A stretch of DNA of 64,000 nt from Caecitellus pseudoparvulus (Eukaryota > Protista > Bigyra: Bicosoecida), in the NCBI GenBank assembly GCA_965644315.1, contig CBFFRQ010000039.1:1-64000 (forward strand), in the 5' to 3' direction. The stretch's first letter is position 1. Every line of letters begins with the position of its first letter. The notes under the pieces are model-generated. The model saw only the letters and a list, made by a program, of their open reading frames with translations, was not told the origin of the DNA and ran no database searches. Position numbers and translations under genes: made by a program. Positions 10,955 to 22,582 of the stretch are shown one piece after another.

Positions 10955-13900
10955 ATGAGCAACCCAGCTGCATCACCAGCGGCGGAGTCTGAAGGAAGCG
11001 CGGAACCCGTGTCTGCCGCTCCTACACCAACCTCCGCTGCCGTGACTTCCACATCCACGGGTGCGTTGTGCGCGGGGACGTCGGCCGGACTGCGCCCTTC
11101 ATGAGGCGCAAAGGAGCTTTGCTGGCACTTTTGCCGCCCAGACGTCAAGTCCAAGGTGCTGCAGCACGCTCCCACTGCTGCAACTTCCGCAGACACGCTC
11201 ACGCTCAGCCCAAGGACTGGCAGCAAGGCAACGGCAGCGCCAGCAGCACACCCAAAGGACCTGGAGTATGCAGCTCCCTCCAAGGTGGTCTTTGTGCGCA
11301 ACCTTCCGCTGGACATTGACGAGTCTGAGCTGCTCGACTTGGCCAAGCCGTACGGCGGCGCCCGAGCCGTGCTGCTGCTGCAGCGCAAGGGGCAGGCCTT
11401 CGTTGAACTGCGCAGCACTGCCTCCGCTGCCAGCATGAAGCAGGGGCTGGAGGACACGCCGGTCGAGATTCGTGGCTGGCGCGCCATCGTCTCCTTCTCC
11501 AAGCGTGACCGCATCACGCCGCCGCCCAAGGTCGACGTTTCCAAGGCATTAGCGGCTGCAGCCGGTGGACACTCGGCTGACAGCGTTGCCGGCACGACAG
11601 GCACCGTGCCGCGGGTGTCACGGGTGCTCCTCGTCACCATCATGAATGTCGTGTACCCCGTCACTGTGGACATCCTCTCGCAGGTCTTTGCCAGCTACGG
11701 GCAGCTGGAGAAGGTGGTGGTGTTTCTGCGCGATCCCAACGTCGCTGGCCTGGTGCAGATGCCCAACCTGGAGACCGCCATCGCTGCAAAGGAAGCGCTG
11801 GACGGCCAGTGCATCTACACCAACTGCAACAAGATGCGCATCCAGTTCTCCAAGCTGGACTCTGTCTCCGTGCGCTACAACAACGACAAGTCTCGGGACT
11901 TCACCGATGACTCCCTGCCGCCTGGCCCCCCCGGAGCGTTGACAGAGGAGGAGGCGACGGGCCCCCTGGACCACATGCAGCCACACTACGGCATGCATGG
12001 CGTGCACGAGGACATGCACGGGCCGTACGATGCGCACCTGCCCCACGGCGGGCCGCACGAAGCCTACGGTGCTGCGCCGCCACCCCCCCCCCAGCAGGCC
12101 CAGCCACCCCCCCCGCATGGCCACCAGGTGCAGGACCTGGGGGTTCCCGTGCAGGGCATGCCTGACCACGCCCCGCTTCACTCCGAGGTGCACCTGCCCC
12201 CCATCAGTGTCGTAGACACGCTGCCCACCGGGCAAACCGTGCCCACCATCAGCACCCCCCCCGCCCTGCCCCCTGGCTTGGCCCTTTCCCCCCGCCACTC
12301 CGCCATGACGTCACCCATGATGTCCCCTGGCGCTGCAGCTGCCATGGCTGCCGCCTACGCTGGCACCATGACGCCCACCATGTCGGCCATGGGACACCAG
12401 GCGCCATGGGCAGGGGGGGGTGCCTTCCGCACCGGCGGAGGGGGGGGCGTGCCCCCGCCCTCCCCACCCCACTCCCCAGCCCGCAGCCCCGCGTCGCCCC
12501 ACCTGGGCCCAGGACGCCCAGCCGACACGACAGCTGACGGCAAGGTGGTGACGCACTCCCCCCGCCGGCGCGTGCCCGAGTCCCCAGTCCTGGACGACCG
12601 GGGGACACACGTGGGGTACAGGTACCGGGCTGGGTCATCTGACTTTGTCGCCTTTGCGGCACCCGCATCAGCAGGCCTCCCCTCCTCCACTGCGCCGCCC
12701 ACCTCCACTGGCACAGGCACGACGGTGTCCGCCACTAGCGGCGGTGGGGGAGGAGGCGATGGACCCCGCCCCACCAACCTGGTGGGCCCATCTGCCGACA
12801 CACGCGTGGCCCGCGCGCGCAGTGTGGAGAGCACCATGTCTGAGCTGGACCTGCCCCCCTCCGCGACACACCCGGCAGTGGGTGGGATGGGGGCTCCGAC
12901 CCACGGAGGGGGGTTCACACCCCCCCCCCTGGACGACCCGCATGCTGTGGGCAGCATGAGCCCCCGGCACAAAGCAGCCATGGCGGCTGCAGCTGCCGCG
13001 GCAGCGGCCGTGTACTCGGGGTTCTACGGGGCAGAGGGGGGAACCCCACCCATGCCTCACATGTCCCATTTGGGGGGGGGCGGCGGCTGGCCGGGCGCAC
13101 CACCCCCCCACCCCAGCATGTACGGGGGCGGGGGGATGTATGGTGGCGGGAACATGTACTCCCCTGGGCCCTACGGGGGGGGCATGTACGGGGGAGGGGG
13201 GTACCCACCCTCGGCAGGGGGGGGCGGCGGCTACTACGGCATGGACCCCCACATGCACGGGCAGCCCCACCACATGCACCCCCACGGTGGAGCAGGCATG
13301 CCTGGTCCACGCGGGTACGGCATGCCCCCCCATGCCCACGGTCACTACGGCCATGCCGGCATGGGCCCAGTCCACGGCGGCCACGGCCACCGCGGGCGGG
13401 GGGGTGCTGGCGCCATGCCTCCCTCCCCCGTCCTCATCGTGTCCGGGTTTGACCCCAGCCAGGTGCCGGACCCGCACCGGCTGTTTGTGTTGGCGTCCGC
13501 CTTCGGCCGTGTGCAGCGCATCAAGATCATGTTCAAGCGCCGAGACACCGCCCTGGTGCAGTTCGCCAGTCTGCAGGAAGCCATCACGGCCCAGACTGCC
13601 CTGCACCGCTGCCCCATGCTGGGCGCCAGCCTGAAGGCCAACTTCAGCTCGCACCATGTGGTGCACTTGCCGCAGCCAGACACGCCCGGCGCCGAGCTCA
13701 CGGCGGACTTCACGCGGTCCCATGCGCACAGGCAGCTGCCCAGCGGGCCACTGGGCCCAGACGTGGCGCCACCCTCCGCCTCCCTCGCCATCCGTGGGCT
13801 GGCTGATGACGTCACTGAAGATGCACTCCGCGAGTGGCTGGGCAGCAGCGGTGTCGTGTCCGTGGCGCTGCCTTCCCCTGCCACTGGAGGTGCTGCCTAC

Positions 13901-14137
13901 GTGCAGATGAAGAGCGTGGCGGAGGGCGTCAAGGCGCTTGTGACTCGCCACGGCACGCGCATCGGCGGCACCCGGGCCCAAGTGTGGTTTGCAGACCCTG
14001 CTGCAGCAAAGCAGCAAGCTCCACCACCGGGGCAGCCCACCATGCCTGCCGCTTCATCCTTCGCCCCTGCTGCGTTCGAGCAGGGGCAGTGGCCTGAGGG
14101 ACAGGCTGCGCCTGGAGCCGCGCCAGTGCAGGCATGA
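10955..14137 (+). CDS. PTBP: Polypyrimidine tract-binding protein / hnRNP L family (4 RRMs) with long Pro/Gly/His-rich linker
   Basis: PSKVVFVRNLP..KGQAFVEL; RVLLVTIMNVVYPVTVDILSQVF..YGQLEKVV..LDGQCIY..CNKMRIQFS; LASAFGRVQRIKIMFKRRDTALVQF; APPSASLAIRGL. One early coding intron (~11061-11141) and a likely 5'UTR intron 10839-10943. Confidence 0.85.
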
Positions 14138-14871
14138 CCCTCCTCCCCTCGTGATTGACTTTGCTCTCATCTGCTCTCCTCTGTCAGTCGTCTTCTGACA
14201 TGGTGCCCACCCCGTTTCGTGGGCACTCTCTCCTTGGCCTGCCTGCCCAACTTTGCTCTCAGGCCAAGTCGTGCAAATGCACTGCACCTTTCCAGCTGCG
14301 CCGGCTGCCTGCCAGGCACATTCCAACCGCCACACAACTGACAGCCGTCCCTTTCATGAACGCGCCATGATGTGCTGATAAGTGCAGCCAAGTGTGCGCC
14401 TGCCTTTCTGGCAGTGCTGGAAGGGCTGCTTCCTGCGTTGGAGTGCCACACCACCCATTTTTCCGCAAGTCACTCCAGGTGGGTACCAGCACGTGCTCAC
14501 GCGAAATCGGTGAGCCCCCAAAGCACGCACGCTGGGCTGATGATCAGCATCGACGCAGCCTGGCACTGCAGAAAGCTGCAGCCCGGGCACACACAGCAAC
14601 AAGCGCTTTCGTGCCGGTGAACATGTTGCACCAGTGAGCCCTGCAAGCAGGCCTGCCAGTGCGCCAGCAAGGTGCCAGGGGCGCTCGCACAGCCGCATGC
14701 TTGCCTTGATTTCTCACAGACCTTCCCCCACACTCCTGTTCACCCCTTCCCACTGCAAATTCTGCACAGGCGACCTGGCCAGCGCCGCCATCTCTTGACA
14801 GCAGCGCTCAGTCGAAGCTGCAGAGGGACGCAAGTGCCAAGCGGACAAATCCAAGCAGACCCGGCACATAA

Positions 14872-17800
14872 ATGTCTGTCAAGCTCGTTGACCTCCGTGT
14901 CGCCCCTCGGGATGCGAGGCGTTCGGCACGGCTGGCCTTGGGCAGCGCCAGGCGCTCACCACCGCAGCCAGCTGCACGCAAAGCAGCGCCATCGCTGTCA
15001 CAGCAGGCTTTAGATGCTTGGAGAGGTGTGAATCGTGCGCTTACACCACCACAGAGGACCATGAACCCGGCAGCTCGGCAGTACCGCCCCCCAGGCGCCA
15101 GCAGACCCCAACGCCGGGTGGCTGACCCTGTCGCTGCGACGGGGACTGTGGACGCAATACCCTCCCATGGAGCGATCGCCGTGAGCCCTTCTCCAGAGGT
15201 GTACAGCGATGGGGATGCAGCACATGCAACGGCGTCACCTCCCGCCGACATGCACGCCAAAGCAAGGCGGGTGGCTGACCAACCGCCGCCTGGTGTTTCG
15301 GCCCTGCCTCCCAACGGCAGGCCGCTTCGAGCTGTGTCCCCCCCCTCAACACAGCCTGCATCGCCGAGCGAGGGCACGGCAGCCAGCAGCTCACCCGCTG
15401 CGCAGTATGCCAGCATGCCCCCTGGCACCTTCACGCCGTCGGCATTGCACACTTCCCTTGCGGGGGGCACGCACAGGGATGCCAGCGCGGCGCTGTCCCG
15501 TTGGCGCCTGTCACGAGCCATGAACTCGCCGCCAGGAAGCCCAGCAACGTACGTGCGGGGCCAGTACACGCCGCTGAGTGACTGGCACCCGGCCACGTCG
15601 CACCAGGCCCTCGGCCACAGCGTCCTCGTCACGCCCGTCGCTCCACGACCCCGATATGGCGGTGTGCCCACCAGCTCACAGGCCATGCCTGCCGCTGCGC
15701 TGTCTTTCAGCCACGCGGATGCCCGCAGTGCCATTTTGGCAGCTAGAACAGCGCAGGGGTCACGCACTCGACCAACCCGCCGCCCCCGTTGGGCAGCGCC
15801 TGCGGATGGCAGCTGGGCGAAGTTTCTGCAAGCCGCAGCGCCAGGCGGGGAGCACATTGCGGCAGATGTTGTCAGTGCCGCTGGCTTGTTGAAGGCGGCG
15901 CTGCTGGTGGCAGGCCGGGCAGAGCACGCCCGTCTGGCCCACGAGCATGGGGAGCGGCACGCTGGGCGCTTGCTCGGTGCCGGCATCGTGTACGTGTGGG
16001 CGTCCATCACCAACCTGCTCTGCTCTGCTGTGGACAGCGCATGTGCGCCCCTGCCTGGGCTGCCGAGACGCGGCTTGCCCGCCATGGAGGCTGCCCTGGA
16101 AGCCGCTGCCGTGTCCGGGCACCACGACATCTGGGCCGAGCTGGAGGCGGCGAAGGCCATGGCGTCCTACGTGGGGGACTTGTGGCTGGCTGGCCAAACG
16201 CACATTGTGGATGTCGCCGCCGTTGTGGCTGCGGGCCTGACACCTCCCCCTCTGGCCCACGGCGCGCAGCCCAAGACGCAGGCCTGCTGCACATGCTGCG
16301 CGCGTCTGCTGGGCCTCACCAATGCGCTGCTCGTGACGTGTGGCGGGCACCTCTTCCGTGCGCTGCCGGCGGGCACACGCCTGCTGTGGTTTGTGCAGGG
16401 CTCTGGCCTGCGCTCCCTGCACAAGGGTGGCCCTGCCCCGCAGCAGGGCGCTGCCCAGCTCGGCACACTGGCGTTGCTAGGGCGCTTCGCAGACACGCTC
16501 ATGGCCCAGCTGGCGCTGCCAGAGGGGGGCTGGCGAGAGCCCGACACCGCTGCGCTAGCGGCTGCCGACCAGGCGCTGGCGGCTCTCTTCGACGGCAGCG
16601 CAGAGGCGCTGCCTGCTGCCCCTGTCCCTGTGACCAGCCCCTCCTCAACCCGGCGCGGAAGCCGCCTGTCTCGGCACAGGGAGGCCAGCCAACGGCCGCC
16701 GCCGTCTCCCCACGATGACGATACCCCACCCAGGCCCAGGTCCCTGCCTGGCACAGGCATGATGCTGCGCTGGAGCGACGCTTGTCGGTGGTGTGTCAGG
16801 CCGGAGGCGCCAGCCCACTGCTTTGCGGCTCCGCTGGTGGCCGAGCAGGTGGACGTGCAAGACGCCCTGCATTGCTTGCTGCACGCAGAGGATGCACCAG
16901 GCCCCATGGCCATCCTGGCTGGAGAGCTGGCCTCCCCTGCTCTGCTGCACCCGGGCTTGCCGCCTCAGGCGACGTCACTGGGCTGGCGCCTGCTTACCAG
17001 CATGGTGTCAGTGAACCTGAAGCTGCACTGCACCTCCCCCCTGCGGACTGCCTTCCAGCTCTGGTCAGCCAGGATCAAAGGCCGGCGCGCCACCGTGGCT
17101 GCCGGCCGCGTCTTGCTGCAAACCACCCGGGTGAGGGAGTTGCCAGACTTCTTGCGCAGGTGGCGCAGCTTGGCAGCTGCTCATCGCCACGACCGCCGCC
17201 GCAGGCTGCAAGGGGCGTTCGGGCACTGGGTGTCCCGCGCAGCATCGCAGCAGGAGGAGCGCCAGGCCTTGCACCTCGCGAGCGCTGCTTTCCAAGTGCG
17301 TGCCCTGACAAAGGTCATCGGGCGCTGGCGAGCTGCTGCGGTGTGCTCCCGCCGCAAGCGCGTCGCTGTCGCCGCTGCAGCGGCACTGCACGCCAGCCAC
17401 TTGTGTAGACGGTGCCTAGCTGAGTGGCGGGGCGCAGCGACACGTGCCGCTGAGCAACGCCGGCGTGCCGAGCATGCCCTCGTGGCCATGGATGCCTGGC
17501 GCGCTCGGCGTGGGGTGCGGGCTTGGGTAGCAGCGAGCCAGCAAGCCGCCGCCACTCGCCTGCTCATGAGCGGCGCACCGTACTTTGCAGTCAGCATGGC
17601 AGTGCGGAGCTGGGCTTGGAGGGTGCAGCAGCGCCGCAGGCTGCGGCACTTGGCCAGCCTCGCAACGGAGGCTGGTGCCACTGTGGTGCTGCGCAGTCAC
17701 CTGACAGCTTGGCGTGAGTACTTGCACAGCCTGCACATGACTGAGATGGCAGTGTCGTTTCACGCCATGCAAGTGCAGCGCAAGGCCTGGTTTGGCTTGC

Positions 17801-19650
17801 GGCAGTTCGCAGCTGTGGGGCGAGTGCAGCGCTACGCTGCGACGGTCATCGTCAGCCGCCTGTCCCGCTGGGCGCTGCGGCAGGCATGGACGCACTGGGC
17901 AGATGCCGCCCGGGAAGCCACGCTCACGGAGCAAGCTGACGACTTCCGTGCCTTTGCTCTGGCTCGCAAGGGCCTGCGTGCCTGGTCTGGCGCTGCTGCC
18001 CGCCGCCAAACTCTGCTCCGGATTGAGGCAGAGTGCCGAGCCAAGCTCCACGCTCGTCGCCAAGCGAGTGCCCTCCAACAGTGGCACGCCACGGCCACGG
18101 CTTCCCGGAACTGGACCGTGGCTGGCGACTTTGCCGCTCTTTACTGCCTGCGCCGGGCCTGGTCCGGACTGCACCTGAACATGCTCGCTGCACGCCGACG
18201 TGTGGCGGCCCGCGCCACAGCCAAGCGCCATGCCCAGCTGCTGTGCCTTCGACACACGTTCGCTGCCTGGCGTGCCTTCCATCGCACAGCTGTGACACGG
18301 CGCTTTGCCGGGGAGCTGGCCGACGCCCACGCCCAGGTGCACGCCGTGGGGCGAGCGTGGCGAGGGTGGAAAGCCCTGGCCGTCGCTGGCTCCCGTCGCA
18401 GGGCAGCTGCAGAAGCCGCGGCGCTCAGCCGCATCATCACCTGGACGGCCGCAGCCTTCGACGCGTGGGCCGGCCGCACGGCTCAAGTGGCGGCATTCCG
18501 GGCAGGCGCTGTGCGGCGGAATGCGCGCAGGCTGCTGGGCAGGTGGGCCGCCGTCGGCGCGAAAGGGGCTCTGGCTCGCAACGCCGCCGCAGTGGCTGAG
18601 GGTGCACACCGCTTCATGTGCCTGCGCAAGGCCTGGCGTGCCTGGCAGTCGGCGCACAACCAGGCCGAAGCTGAGCAGTCCCTGTGTCAGGCCATGGATG
18701 CGTGGCACGCGCGTCGCCTGGCCTTGCGTGCGTTCCGGGGGTGGGCAGCGCAGACACGCCGAGCGCGGCGACAGGCGGCTGCTGTGCCACCTGCACCGAC
18801 ACGGCGCCACAGCCACCAGGCGGCGAAGCCGAGGAGCAGGCCTTCTCGCCTCCCACGTGCTGTGTCTCGGCGGCACGCCAGCCCGCGTCCAGCCAACCCG
18901 CCGACCGAGGCACATGAGGGAGCTCCCTATGACAGCTTGGACGAGGGGGAAGCGCCTCCCCGTGCCCACTCCTCTGGCGTGTTTGGGGCGACGCGGCACG
19001 TGCGTGAACCTGCAGCCACGCGGCGCCGCGTGAGGCGGCGGTCTGACAGTCCAGCGCACGCAGACCACGCCTACGGTGCCACCCGGCCGACGCCAGAGAC
19101 AGGGCACCTTCCAAAGCGCTTTGTGGAGCGGCCAGTCCTGGCCACCTCCACTCAGCTGCTGGGCCATGTGGGTGACCGGGGCACCCCGCCTCGCCCAGAT
19201 TCCCTGCCGCACCCCGTGCCTGACCCCGAAGAGCTGCCCACGCCACGGCCTCGCAGCCCGGTGGACTCCCTCGCAGGGGACATTGCGACCATTGACGCGA
19301 TGATTGCCGCCCACCACGAGGAGCTGGCGCTGGAGGAGGCCATGCTGCAGCGCCAGCGCCAGCAGCGGCCGCCTGTGGCGAGCACCCCACCACATCCTGC
19401 GCACCAGTCATCTCCACGAGCTGAGGCCTTGCGCCTGATGGCGGAGCACCTGGGCCCACCCACGCAGCCTGCCGCTGGACCGAAGGTGAAAGCTGGCTCC
19501 ACCCTCGTGCGCCGCACGCACCCTGTGGAGGGCAGCTTGGACTCCAGCGCGCTTGGCTTCAGCATGGACGTGAGTGGATTGAGTCGGTCCACTCACGTGG
19601 AGGACGGCATGGACGGTGGCATGATGGAAGGCTTTGAGCTTCCAGAGTAG
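14872..19650 (+). CDS. Sfi1-like centrin-binding repeat protein (centriole/basal body), intronless
   Basis: Many Arg/Ala-rich repeats of L..aF..W type (LRTAFQLW, LQGAFGHW, LRQAWTHW, LRHTFAAW, LRAFRGW), flanked by disordered termini. Confidence 0.7.
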   Translation: MSVKLVDLRVAPRDARRSARLALGSARRSPPQPAARKAAPSLSQQALDAWRGVNRALTPPQRTMNPAARQYRPPGASRPQRRVADPVAATGTVDAIPSHGAIAVSPSPEVYSDGDAAHATASPPADMHAKARRVADQPPPGVSALPPNGRPLRAVSPPSTQPASPSEGTAASSSPAAQYASMPPGTFTPSALHTSLAGGTHRDASAALSRWRLSRAMNSPPGSPATYVRGQYTPLSDWHPATSHQALGHSVLVTPVAPRPRYGGVPTSSQAMPAAALSFSHADARSAILAARTAQGSRTRPTRRPRWAAPADGSWAKFLQAAAPGGEHIAADVVSAAGLLKAALLVAGRAEHARLAHEHGERHAGRLLGAGIVYVWASITNLLCSAVDSACAPLPGLPRRGLPAMEAALEAAAVSGHHDIWAELEAAKAMASYVGDLWLAGQTHIVDVAAVVAAGLTPPPLAHGAQPKTQACCTCCARLLGLTNALLVTCGGHLFRALPAGTRLLWFVQGSGLRSLHKGGPAPQQGAAQLGTLALLGRFADTLMAQLALPEGGWREPDTAALAAADQALAALFDGSAEALPAAPVPVTSPSSTRRGSRLSRHREASQRPPPSPHDDDTPPRPRSLPGTGMMLRWSDACRWCVRPEAPAHCFAAPLVAEQVDVQDALHCLLHAEDAPGPMAILAGELASPALLHPGLPPQATSLGWRLLTSMVSVNLKLHCTSPLRTAFQLWSARIKGRRATVAAGRVLLQTTRVRELPDFLRRWRSLAAAHRHDRRRRLQGAFGHWVSRAASQQEERQALHLASAAFQVRALTKVIGRWRAAAVCSRRKRVAVAAAAALHASHLCRRCLAEWRGAATRAAEQRRRAEHALVAMDAWRARRGVRAWVAASQQAAATRLLMSGAPYFAVSMAVRSWAWRVQQRRRLRHLASLATEAGATVVLRSHLTAWREYLHSLHMTEMAVSFHAMQVQRKAWFGLRQFAAVGRVQRYAATVIVSRLSRWALRQAWTHWADAAREATLTEQADDFRAFALARKGLRAWSGAAARRQTLLRIEAECRAKLHARRQASALQQWHATATASRNWTVAGDFAALYCLRRAWSGLHLNMLAARRRVAARATAKRHAQLLCLRHTFAAWRAFHRTAVTRRFAGELADAHAQVHAVGRAWRGWKALAVAGSRRRAAAEAAALSRIITWTAAAFDAWAGRTAQVAAFRAGAVRRNARRLLGRWAAVGAKGALARNAAAVAEGAHRFMCLRKAWRAWQSAHNQAEAEQSLCQAMDAWHARRLALRAFRGWAAQTRRARRQAAAVPPAPTRRHSHQAAKPRSRPSRLPRAVSRRHASPRPANPPTEAHEGAPYDSLDEGEAPPRAHSSGVFGATRHVREPAATRRRVRRRSDSPAHADHAYGATRPTPETGHLPKRFVERPVLATSTQLLGHVGDRGTPPRPDSLPHPVPDPEELPTPRPRSPVDSLAGDIATIDAMIAAHHEELALEEAMLQRQRQQRPPVASTPPHPAHQSSPRAEALRLMAEHLGPPTQPAAGPKVKAGSTLVRRTHPVEGSLDSSALGFSMDVSGLSRSTHVEDGMDGGMMEGFELPE

Positions 19651-19975
19651 AATGCAGGGTCATATATAGTGCTCCAAGTTTCCAGATCCTTTCTGCCCCC
19701 GCTGCGTGAAGGACTGCTGTTGCAGCACAGCATGCAGACCGGAGCTTGGCCGCCCTTCGATTTCCGCAAACCCATCCAGTCCTGCTCCAGAATCAAAACA
19801 ATGCCACACCCTGCAATGCACGCGCTGGACACCGGCCTGGTCTTCCCCCTGATACTCTGTGTCCTAGGCTGCCCGCGGTGTGCCTGCGCTCCAGCCGGTG
19901 CAGGAAGCAAGCGGGCCTTCCTCGCACGAGGGACGCTGCGAGCTTTTGTGAGCAAGGCGTTTCTCCTGCACCACC

Positions 19976-21544
19976 ATGCCGATCGCCTGGGGGATGGCCC
20001 TGGCCGTCCTGGCCTTCACGATGACCCATGTTCGTGGGGATGACACCTGCCTCTGGGGCCAGCGAGGTGCTTCAGACCAGCAGACGAACTTTCTGCCCCT
20101 GGCACCACCGCTTTCCGTGACTGGCACGCCAACGAAGCAAGCGCTGCCTCAGGTCATGCTCAACACGCCAGTGCTGTCCTCCAACGGCAGCCGAGCGGTG
20201 TTTGGGGACAGCTCGGGGCGCATTTACGGCTTTGATGTCGCCTCTGGCAGCATCGTGTGGACGGTGCGGGCAGGTGGAGAAGTCACGTCCACCTGCAGCA
20301 TCGTGCAGCTGGCAGCGAGGGCTGGCGCACCGGCCCGTGAATTGGCGCTGTGCCCTGCGCGAGACATGCGCCTGCACGCCATAGACGTCGACTCAGGAGA
20401 GGAAGTGTGGACGTACGCGGGTGCGGCGGTGTTCGACGTGGCAGCTCCCCTTGTCTGCGCCGTGGACGGCGTGGATTCGGACGCCCTGGTGTGGCTGGTC
20501 ACGCTGGACGCTCGCCTGCACTGCGTCAACGCCGCCAACGGCACACGCCTCAGCCGCACCCTCATCCACAGCACAGCTTTCACTGACACAGGCGTGCACC
20601 CTTCCTCCCTCTCGGGCGCCTCCTGTGCCAAGTTTGCGGTGGCTGCCAACTCGGTGGGGGCGCCGGCTTCTGGCGGGCACTGGCGTGACTCAGCCATCGC
20701 CCTGTACACACTGCAGGGCGTGTCTGTGGGCAGCACTGGCGGCGTCATCACCCACCTTGGGCAGGTTCCTAGTTCTGTGCTGGTTGGGGCTTTCGGGCAG
20801 GTGCAACCCATCATTGTGGCGCCCCGCAAACCCACCACGAGCCCCGCCAGTCGACTGTACCTCACAACCCGTTCGGAAGCCAGCATCAACTCTGGGCGTG
20901 TGTACGCCTTGCAGGAGAGCGGCGGAAACCTGACAGTGGCATGGATGCAAGAGTTCCCCGAGTTCTTGAATGCGCCCGCCTTTGAACCTGCGACTGGCGC
21001 CCTCGTGGTGTTCGGGGACACATTCGTCAGCACGGTGGACGCCACCCTGAACGTCCGCGTGATTGCCACGGAAACGGCTGGCAGCGGCACCCCTGGCACG
21101 ACGCTCGCGACCTACTCTGCTGCCAGCAAGTGGAACCCCACTCAATATGACATTGCAGCCACAACCACTGCCGAGGGCGGCGTGCTGGTGCCCTCTTCCT
21201 CTGGCTGCCTGCACATTCTGCGGTACGCCGCGCCGGCCGCTGGCCAGGCCAGCGGCTCGCTGACGAAGCAGTCTGTTTGGTGTGTGGATGGCGGAGAGCC
21301 GACCACCGGCACGACCCCCCTCATCGCCCAAGTGGCCCTCGTGCAACCAAACATCGCGCTTGTCTCGTCCGCTGAAGGAGCACTGCGTGTGCTGCCCCTC
21401 AGCCGCTCCAAGTGCGAGGAGGCCGCTGCCTGCCCGTGCGGCGACGGGAAAGGTGATGAGGTAGATGCCGGTGCGTTTTCTGGTGTCGTGGCGCCAGTGT
21501 GGCTGGTGTTGGCCGCAGCCCTGCTGGCGCTCATGCGCGGATAA
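19976..21544 (+). CDS. Secreted PQQ/BamB-like beta-propeller protein, probable GPI anchor or C-terminal TM
   Basis: Signal peptide MPIAWGMALAVLAFTM. Repeats GRIYGFDVASGSIVW, LHAIDVDSGEEVWTY and LHCVNAANG. Hydrophobic C-tail VWLVLAAALLALMRG. Confidence 0.75.
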   Translation: MPIAWGMALAVLAFTMTHVRGDDTCLWGQRGASDQQTNFLPLAPPLSVTGTPTKQALPQVMLNTPVLSSNGSRAVFGDSSGRIYGFDVASGSIVWTVRAGGEVTSTCSIVQLAARAGAPARELALCPARDMRLHAIDVDSGEEVWTYAGAAVFDVAAPLVCAVDGVDSDALVWLVTLDARLHCVNAANGTRLSRTLIHSTAFTDTGVHPSSLSGASCAKFAVAANSVGAPASGGHWRDSAIALYTLQGVSVGSTGGVITHLGQVPSSVLVGAFGQVQPIIVAPRKPTTSPASRLYLTTRSEASINSGRVYALQESGGNLTVAWMQEFPEFLNAPAFEPATGALVVFGDTFVSTVDATLNVRVIATETAGSGTPGTTLATYSAASKWNPTQYDIAATTTAEGGVLVPSSSGCLHILRYAAPAAGQASGSLTKQSVWCVDGGEPTTGTTPLIAQVALVQPNIALVSSAEGALRVLPLSRSKCEEAAACPCGDGKGDEVDAGAFSGVVAPVWLVLAAALLALMRG

Positions 21545-21550
21545 CGCGCT

Positions 21551-21559
21551 GTGCATTGC
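21551..21559 (-). terminator. Candidate 3'-end/polyadenylation element GCAATGCAC (representative copy)
   Basis: Exact copies at 19813(+), 21551(-), 22865(-), 22893(-), 27037(-), 41123(+) and 54671(-). Each lies downstream of a stop codon on that gene's sense strand. Confidence 0.45.
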
Positions 21560-22582
21560 TCAGTCCAGAGACAGGCGGGAGAAGGAGTGGCCGTTCACAG
21601 TCCTGCCAGCGATGGACTTGGCGACGTTGGACTCGAAGAGCGCCGTGTTCTCGCGGAATTCCTTGCCAGCCTCCAGGTTCAGCGGGTCGTCTCCATCGGG
21701 GTTCTTCATCAGGAACTCCAGCCCAATGACGACGTCCTCCAGCGTGTACACGGGCTTCCAGTCCTTGCGCAAGATGCTCAGGCACACATTGCCCTGCAGG
21801 TCCAGGTTTGGGTGCCACACCTGAGCGCAGGGGGGGTTGAGCGACTTGGTGTTACAAGCAGCAAGCCAGCAACGCCAGCCTCCACGCTGCCAATGCAAGA
21901 GAGCTCTCCCTTACCTTCTCGCGCAGCTTGACGTCTGGCTGCTTGTGTGGGTACTCCTCAGGCACCTCAATGTCAAAGTGGTACGCAACACCCTTCCACA
22001 GTCTGTGCCATTGAGGGAAGAGTGTGTGCACTGCTGGCACTGCGCCATTGCGAAGCTGGCCTCACCCTGTCTTGGGGCGAATGGTCACTGTCATGTGACG
22101 CAGATCATCCGGGTCTGTCCACTCGATGGACGCCTGCTCGTCCTTGCTGCCGTTGGTGTACCGTGCGGCCATGCTCTCCTTGTCTGTGAGTGCGGCGTGG
22201 CTTTGGCGTGTCAGCTCTGCAGGGCAAACCTCCTCGTCAGCGCGAGGCGGGCCGAGCACGTCATTGGCAAAGGATTGGGCGGGGCGCTTGCTCTCCACCA
22301 GAAGGCAGAGATGGAGTGGTGCTTCCCCCCCACCTTGTGCATGTCCGGAGCGCCGGCAGCACTGCCTGAGCACGCCCGCTTGCGCCCAAGTTCCGCAGGC
22401 TCACCTGTCATGATGCGACGGTCAGCGGCGGGGATCTGCACCTTAGGGCCACCCAGCACGCCAAGAATGCTCTTCTTCGCAGCCTCTGCAGCAGCAGCAG
22501 GCGATGCCTTCTCTTCGCCGGCGCCGGGGGCAGGTGCAGCCGCAGCCTGCTTCTTCGCAGCAGCTGCAGCCAGGAAGGCCAT
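21560..22582 (-). CDS. UBC12: NEDD8-conjugating enzyme Ubc12/UBE2M, 3 introns
   Basis: VTIRPKTGLWKG..YPHKQPDVK..VWHPNLDLQGNVCLSILRKDWKPV..LEFLMKNPDGDDPLNLEA..VAKSIAGRTVNGHSF, with an N-terminal Ala/Lys extension. Confidence 0.88.

Noticed and set aside
22217-22404. Long (188 nt) UBC12 intron 1 as snoRNA host or microexon carrier
   Set aside because: Only a weak C-box-like ATGACG/CTGA pair with too short a spacing, and weak internal splice sites.
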